From positions 42,978 to 106,977 of the forward strand of contig NIVC01001804.1 in assembly GCA_002269645.1 (NCBI GenBank): DNA of 64,000 nt, in the 5' to 3' direction. This document shows positions 57,301-64,000 of the stretch, one piece after another. A model generated the notes under the pieces. The model searched no databases. It saw nothing but the letters and a program-made list of their open reading frames with translations, and was not told the DNA's origin. How positions within the stretch are numbered: position 1 is the first letter of the stretch; the number at the start of each line of letters is the position of its first letter. This DNA is from Macrostomum lignano. Lineage: Eukaryota. A program made the translations under genes and the position numbers.

Positions 57301-59417
57301 CGCCTGTGCTTCAGGAGCAGCAGCAGCCCCACCTGGGTTTGGAGTGCGGGTGGAGGCAGTGATGTGGGGTGGAGCTTTGGGGCGACTTTAGAGTTGATTA
57401 GGGGGTGACTTTAGGGTTGATTAGGGGTGACTTTAGGGTTGATTAAGGGGTGACTTTAGGGTTGATTAGGGGGTGACTTTAGAGTTGATTAGGGGTGACT
57501 TTAGGGTTGATTAGGGGTGACTTTAGGGTTGATTAGGGGGTGACTTTAGGGTTGATTAGGGGGTGACTTTAGGTTGATTAGGGGGTGACTTTAGGGTTGA
57601 TTAGGGGGTGACTTTAGAGTTGATTAGGGGGTGACTTTAGGGTTGATTAAGGGGTGACTTTAGGGTTGATTAGGGGGTGACTTTAGAGTTGATTAGGGGG
57701 TGACTTTAGGGTTGATTAAGGGGTGACTTTAGGGTTGATTAGGGGGTGACTTTAGAGTTGATTAGGGGTGACTTTAGGGTTGATTAGGGGGTGACTTTAG
57801 GGTTGATTAGGGGGTGACTTTAGGGTTGATTAGGGGGTGACTTTAGAGTTGATTAGGGGGTGACTTTAGGGTTGATTAAGGGGTGACTTTAGGGTTGATT
57901 AGGGGGTGACTTTAGAGTTGATTAGGGGGTGACTTTAGGGTTGATTAGGGGGTGACTTTAGGGTTGATTAGGGGGTGACTTTAGGGTTTGATTAGGGGTG
58001 ACTTTAGAGTTGATTAGGGGGTGACTTTAGGGTTGATTAGGGGGTGACTTTAGGGTTGATTAGGGGGTGACTTTAGGGTTGATTAGGGGGTGACTTTAGA
58101 GTTGATTAGGGGGTGACTTTAGGGTTGATTAAGGGGTGACTTTAGGGTTGATTAGGGGGTGACTTTAGAGTTGATTAGGGGGTGACTTTAGGGTTGATTA
58201 GGGGGTGACTTTAGGGTTGATTAGGGGGTGACTTTAGGGTTGATTAGGGGGTGACTTTAGAGTTGATTAGGGGGTGACTTTAGGGTTGATTAGGGGGTGA
58301 CTTTAGGGTTGATTAGGGGGTGACTTTAGGGTTGATTAGGGGGTGACTTTAGAGTTGATTAGGGGGTGACTTTAGGGTTGATTAGGGGGTGACTTTAGAG
58401 TTGATTAGGGGGTGACTTTAGGGTTGATTAAGGGGTGACTTTAGGGTTGATTAGGGGGTGACTTTAGAGTTGATTAGGGGGTGACTTTAGGGTTGATTAG
58501 GGGGTGACTTTAGGGTTGATTAGGGGGTGACTTTAGAGTTGATTAGGGGGTGACTTTAGAGTTGATTATGGGGTGACTTTAGGGTTGATTAGGGGGTGAC
58601 TTTAGGGTTGATTAGGGGGTGACTTTAGAGTTGATTAGGGGGTGACTTTAGGGTTGATTAGGGGGTGACTTTAGGGTTGATTAGGGGGTGACTTTAGGGT
58701 TGATTAGGGGGTGACTTTAGGGTTGATTAGGGGTGACTTTAGGGTTGATTATGGGGTGACTTTAGGGTTGATTAGGGGGTGACTTTAGGGTGGATTAGGG
58801 GGTGACTTAAGGTGGATTAAGGGGTGACTTCAGGGTGGATTAGGGGGTGACTTCTGGGTGGATTAAGGGGTGACTTTGGGGTGGATTAGGGGGTGACTTT
58901 GGGGTGAATTAGGGGTGACTTTGGGGTGGATTAGGGGGTGACTTTGGGTGGATTAGTGGGTGACTTAGTGGATTAGGGTGTGACTAAAGGGTGGATTAAG
59001 GGGTGACTTCAGGGTGGATTAGGGGGTGACTTCTGGGTGGATTAGGGGTAGCCTTCCCCAAGGCTACAAGCCTTCAGGGTGATTAGGGGGTGACTTCTGA
59101 GTAAACTAGTATGTGACTTTAGGGTGGATTAAGGGGGGCTTACTTAAACGTGGATTAGGTGACTCAAGGGCGGATTAGGATCGCGTTATCAAGATTCACA
59201 TTCCTAGAAATCAGGGAAATACTGATGCGCCAACCTCGTGCTGAGCATAGGCCTGATAATCCCGCAGTCGCTTCTCCCTTTTTTGCAGCCGGTATTCGAA
59301 CCCGCGCCGCTTTCGCAGCAGCTGAGCAGCTTCATCTGGGTTCAGCAGGCCGGATATGGTCAGCTGCTGCAGTTCCGGCAGCTGCTGTTCGAGCTGCTCT
59401 TCAGCATACTCAGCCAT
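54359..59417 (-). CDS. UTP6: U3 snoRNA-associated protein 6 homolog (HAT-repeat), about 464 aa
   Basis: Exons: 59417-59235, 57332-56934, 55714-55185, 54641-54359 (1395 nt, phases 0,0,2). MAEYAEEQLEQQLPELQQL...FEYRLQKR, YYFKRDRIEASIVQR, LARAFLLRGLRVH and FWAAYLEFE...DWRARKFL correspond to UTP6 segments I recognise. Confidence 0.85.
54700..55060 (+). repeat. 59-bp tandem repeat in UTP6 intron 3
   Basis: CCGATATGTATCGAAAACCGC...GTCAGGACACCTG units, for example at 54966 and 55025. Confidence 0.88.
55850..56905 (+). repeat. 22-bp minisatellite in UTP6 intron 2
   Basis: CCTAACCGGTGAAACCTACAAT units. Confidence 0.95.
57380..59150 (+). repeat. 23-bp G-rich minisatellite in UTP6 intron 1
   Basis: GTTGATTAGGGGGTGACTTTAGG units that degenerate towards 59150. 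Confidence 0.95.
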
Positions 59418-60739
59418 TAGCCAGCGGTTTCCAGTTGGTCATCAATGGGTATTGATTGATGGCAGCACTTGAGTAAAATTTGCTAAAAAACACTAAACAA
59501 AAGCTTTGCTAAATAAACCAGTGTTTCAATGATCTAGCATAAACTAGCTTTAATATATTCTGCTATAGTTCATTATTTAACATTAGCAACAGCTTATTAA
59601 GATTTTGACAAGGCTACAAGTGAACAGTTTCATAGGCTAGAGCAAACTTTGAATGAAAAATTAAAATTAAAAAAATTAAAAAAATACTTTCTAAATCAGT
59701 TTTATTGTTAATGACTAAAGTGAATGGTTGAAACTTGGTTAACTTAACTAATATTTTTATCAATGTCAATTATGCAACAAAACAAATGTTATTAGCAATC
59801 TGGCTTATTTAAAGTTGTCTCTTCTTTGCTTAAATTATCTCTCATTTGTACAAATTGTCATTTTTACCTTTTATCTTGCTAGTCTCAACTCTGTTTTTCT
59901 TTCTTCTCATTTTTTATTCCTTTCTTTCCTACTTATTGCACTACTTTCTATAGTGTGCTAATGCAAATGTGTTAAATTCAAACACTACTATTTATGGCTT
60001 ATGCATTATTTAAAATTAAATAGTTTTAACAATATGGCTATATTCATTTTTGTATGCACTTGCCTACAGTAGCTAGCTGCTCTTATGGCTACGACTACAG
60101 AAATATGGTAGTTGCTGTCACATTCCCTAGATCCCTAGATTCCCAAAGCCATAGTTATCAATTTTTTTTAAAATGAAAAATTTATTATAAACAAGTAGAG
60201 TTTAGTAAGAAACAAGTACAGTTTACAAAGACACTTTAGTAAACTGTACTACCAACTTAGAAACTCATAGAATATACCTAATAAAGTACAATAAAACACT
60301 AGCAAACTCTAATTTTTATTAATGTGAAAAGTACAGCATTAGTACTTTCAGTAGCAATTAAGTATTGTTGCTTTGTAAAAAGACAAAATATAATCTTACA
60401 AAGGCAATCAAGTGTTTCTTTTATTTTCTAACTTAATTTGCAGTTGTTTAAGCACTAGGTTATCTTCTTGATTCAAATATTTTGTTTTCTAGACATTTTG
60501 TTAAAACTATAGCTATGGCTATAGGAATTATAGGAATATGGTAATATTGGGATCTCTATGGCTACAGCTACAGTACATGGACTCCCCTTACAGCAGAACA
60601 CTAGATTATAGTGACAATTCAATCTTTTCTCTATATCAACTTTAAAGTCTTAAAAATAGACAATTCAAACAAAATTATGAACAAAAATGTAAAAACTCAA
60701 GGATATGACTTATATAGCAATTCTAGGACTATAGTACAA

Positions 60740-61150
60740 GCTAGGCTAGGCCTAGCAAAATTTTGAAGTGGTAGCTAAGAAATAGGTTATTAGTTCTTAT
60801 TGTGGTAGTTGGGTACCACCGATTGATTATTGGCTCATATGGTTTCTTAATAACATTACAGTTTCTGGACAATAAAATTATGTGTACCCTATTCTGGTCC
60901 CCGTTAGTCCACTCCCTGGCGCAAGTCATGACGTATTTCTGCCCTCTTTCTGTTCCCCTTGCCCCATTTTCTGGCTCTATATGACCAAATTGTGTTTTCC
61001 TTTTGTTTTACTATGTATTTCTGCGGTAATTTTGTTGAATCCCCTTTTTGGCCTTTTGAGTTTCGCCCTTCCCCAGTTTCTGGGCCTTGCAAGCCTTTTT
61101 GTGACCTGTTTCCTGGGTATTTATTCCCGCCCCTTGTGCCTGTCCTCCCC
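60740..61150 (-). mobile_element. Possible heavily decayed retroviral-type integrase remnant
   Basis: GQKYVMTCAREWT...IINRWYPTTTIRTNN loosely follows the rve pattern (KYiLv.vD.fs ... rfG.P..i.tDn). Weak. Confidence 0.25.
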
Positions 61151-61319
61151 TCAATCTCCTTTCTCCCTCTCTCTTGCTTTTTTCCCCTTTCTTCTACTCT
61201 TTCCGACACGCCCCTTAACTTAATAATGTTTAGTTAACGTAGTCTATTACTTGAAGGAAAGAAAACCTAACTTAGTTTTATTTAAGTAAGCCTGCACCGC
61301 GGCACCCCTGATTCATCTG

Positions 61320-64000
61320 TCGTCGGTGGTCTCTTATTTTACACGCGTGAGGCCTAGTTTAATATTTTCAGTTTTTTTATACTAACTCGATAAGCAATAA
61401 ACTCGCATTAATTTGCTGCAAACCATTTTCGATAAAAGCCATAGCTTAACTTAAGTCATTTGCCCATGGGGCGTAAAATAACCCAGTCTCACCTCAAAGC
61501 AAGCTCTGAGACTTTTTCAACATTCCGTAATATGCAAATTACGGTGGTGGCAGCGCTACTCTACTGTTAGTAACACAACAAGAATACGAGACTCATTCAA
61601 TCTACGGTGTCTGAGGACCCGCCATCTGAACGCTCGCGCCAAATGAAGGCCGCTCGCCTACGACCAAAACTACCCTCCCCCCGGGATTGAGGACCCCGGC
61701 AGACGGAGTATCTACGAGTTGTTTTCATTGGGATCCATTCACGCAAACTTTCCGGGTTTAATTCGTGCGAAATAACGACGGCGCCCAATCGAAGGCCCGA
61801 GCCGCTCAAGTTCGACATTAGATCAAGTGAACACCGGACAATCCCGACCACCCCCAAGTCTAAATCGCCCCCACCTCATTGGTGTCAGCTAAGTGGGATA
61901 TCGAAATGCCACAATCCATTCGACGAGTCGTTCAGAAACTACGCTATGGCTTCAACTACTACTAATTCAACGGCCGCGGACGCGACAGCCGACGCCGCAG
62001 GCCCTGACAATTCAGCAATGAGACCGACCTACGACGAGATGATTCAGGCGGTGACTGACGAGGTGCGACGGCGCTTGGAGCAGACCAGCCTGGGCCAGCC
62101 GCAGCACCACCACCACGTGTATCAGCAGCCCCAGCAGCAGGATCGAGCTCCAGCGCCAAAACCAGTTAAGATTCAGCAGTATACTCAAAACCAGGAATTC
62201 GACGTCTGGATCCAGGCTCTCGAGGAGCGTTGTGAGCTCAACGGGATCACAGACAATAGACGAAAGAAGGCAGAGGTCCTTGTGAATTTGGACATCGCCA
62301 CAACCTATCCCGCAGTTGTCAGGATGGAGTTGCCAGACAACCTAACGTTTGGCGAGTTTAAACAGCGCTTGTCCAAACGTTTTACGCATGTGGCTGACAC
62401 GCTGGAGTACCGGGAGCAATTCCGATGCTGCTAGCAAGGCAAGACTGAGAGCGTAGATGACTACGGCGATCGATTAATTGCTCTGGCCAACAAAGCGTTC
62501 CTGCACTTTACTCCGGTGCAAAAGCAAGCTGAGCTGGTGGACCAGTTCACGGTTGGAGTGCGAATCGCCAGTCGGCCTGAGAACAGTTAATCCTGGTGAG
62601 ACCGCAGAATCTGACTGCTGCGAGAAGGGCCGTGCTACGCCTGGAGACAGCGGCTAGCCTGGCTCAGCGAGTAGCACCGCCGCCAGCAGCGAGACATGTA
62701 CGGGTTCTTGAGGATGACGACAGTCAGACGCCCACTGCAGTGCAACACGACGCCAAGTCATCTCGGCCCAAGGAGAACTGGTTGCGGGAAGTGATGGAAC
62801 AACAAACGGAAACTCTGCAAGAGCAGCGACAAATTCTGGAAACATTAAGCAACGAAATGCGAGAGTTCTACTCGCGGGGATCGCGCGACAACGACACCCC
62901 GGAGCCATGGGAACCAGCTTGCCATTAGCCGCGGGACTCGTGGGGCCAACGCTCCAGATGTTTGGTACCTCCGACTCCTCGCCGCAGCGCCGACGGAAGC
63001 GCCCAATTTACAACACCCGGCACACGCCATGTGTAGCATCAACTGTTCCATCGACTTCAGCAACCACGAGACGGCAGCAACCCGCCACCAAGGACACCAC
63101 CAGCAGGAGGTCAACGTCAACAACATCAGCAGCCACAGCAGTCGCAGCAGCAGACAAGTTCGCGCCTGCCGCCTATCAGCTGCGGCGGCAGAGCGCCATG
63201 TGCTACAGGTGCAATTGTGAGCATCGCGGCGAAGAGTGCCCGCATCGATGGTCGGCCAGCACCGTGCCCCAGCGAAACGGCAGCTCGGGAAACGGGACGG
63301 CTGGACGTGCCATCGGGGGCAGCGCCATCCAGCAGCCGAGCCAGCACTAAAGTCCCCGCCGAGGACTTTAGTCGCTCAGCAGGCCACTGCTGAGACCGCC
63401 TCTACACCTGTACAGAACTCTGCACCCAAGCGACCTTGAAGGGATCCATATCTGACTGGTAAGATTCAGGGCCGCTATTTTGCTTTTCTACTTGACACCG
63501 GCTCAAAGTGCGAAGTCTTAGGATTCAGCACCTGCACCGTCTATGTACTGATGACCCAACCCTGCCAAATCGAGCCCTGCCAACAACGCATCGTGACCTA
63601 CAATGGCGAACCAATCCAGATGGCAGGCCAACTAACTATGAAAGTTAAAATCGGAAGTTTTGAGCCGACAGTTAAGTTTCTGCTAGCAAAGGGATCACAC
63701 GACAACATCCTAGGCTTCGAGTTTCTAGAGAAGTACAGCACCTCACTAGATCTCGCTGCCGGGATGCTGTTCTTCAAGGACGGCACTGCCGCACCGCTTT
63801 GCTACACGCGAACTGAAGCTACCCCATGCAGAATTTATACAGCCGAGAGCACTACTGTGCCACCATTATCTTCAGCCCGAATCAAAATCAAATTAGCAAA
63901 AGGACGCGAAGAAAACCAAGGGACACCAGCTATGATCGAGCCGCTGAAACTGGCTCGGCGCAAAGACGATGTGCAGCATCTGGACGCCGCACCTGCCCTG
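61320..64000 (+). mobile_element. Ty3/gypsy-like LTR retrotransposon, 5' part (LTR end, PBS, disrupted gag, protease), continuing past the window
   Basis: The LTR ends at CCTCA (61878), followed by a PBS at 61880. gag starts at 61946 with a premature TAG at 62432, after which QGKTESVDDYGDRLIALANKAF continues. A CYRC..H....C knuckle follows, then the protease LLDTGS (63494) and ILGFEFL. The LTR start is uncertain. Confidence 0.82.
61880..61899 (+). promoter_or_regulatory. tRNA-Leu-type primer binding site with a 2-nt insertion
   Basis: TGGTGTCAGCTAAGTGGGAT versus the tRNA-Leu complement TGGTGTCAGAAGTGGGAT. Confidence 0.7.

Overview
This is repeat-rich eukaryotic (animal) DNA with GT-AG introns and TTAGGG repeats; its style suggests a flatworm such as Macrostomum, which I infer but cannot confirm. 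The ORF track hides the main content, because most ankyrin and caspase ORFs end in a stop that lies inside a splice donor (G|TGAGT or G|TAAGT). Chaining the exons by hand, with splice phases matching at every junction, gives a minus-strand cluster of four ankyrin-fusion genes. (1) P3, 52749-47922: an intact 8-exon ANK-ANK-caspase of 744 aa with AHG, QACRG and a VETD linker. (2) P2, 37222-19840, with exons 1-2 triplicated up to 42807: a 399-aa ankyrin-only paralog with a new MGSAASK (N-myristoylation-like) first exon, a stop in exon 5, no caspase exons and a 15.5-kb Helitron-filled intron. (3) 15054 to about 9700: an 18-ankyrin-repeat protein spliced to a Mab-21/cGAS-like nucleotidyltransferase, with one frameshift. 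(4) P1, 7245 to the window edge: an ANK-ANK-caspase whose catalytic Cys is replaced by Gly (QAGRG). Together they look like an innate-immunity or cell-death locus with an active protease, a dead protease, a membrane-targeted decoy and a second-messenger synthase (inference). The rest of the window holds a UTP6 gene with satellite-filled introns, head-to-tail non-autonomous Helitrons, RTE, Crypton and Ty3/gypsy remnants, and many minisatellites.
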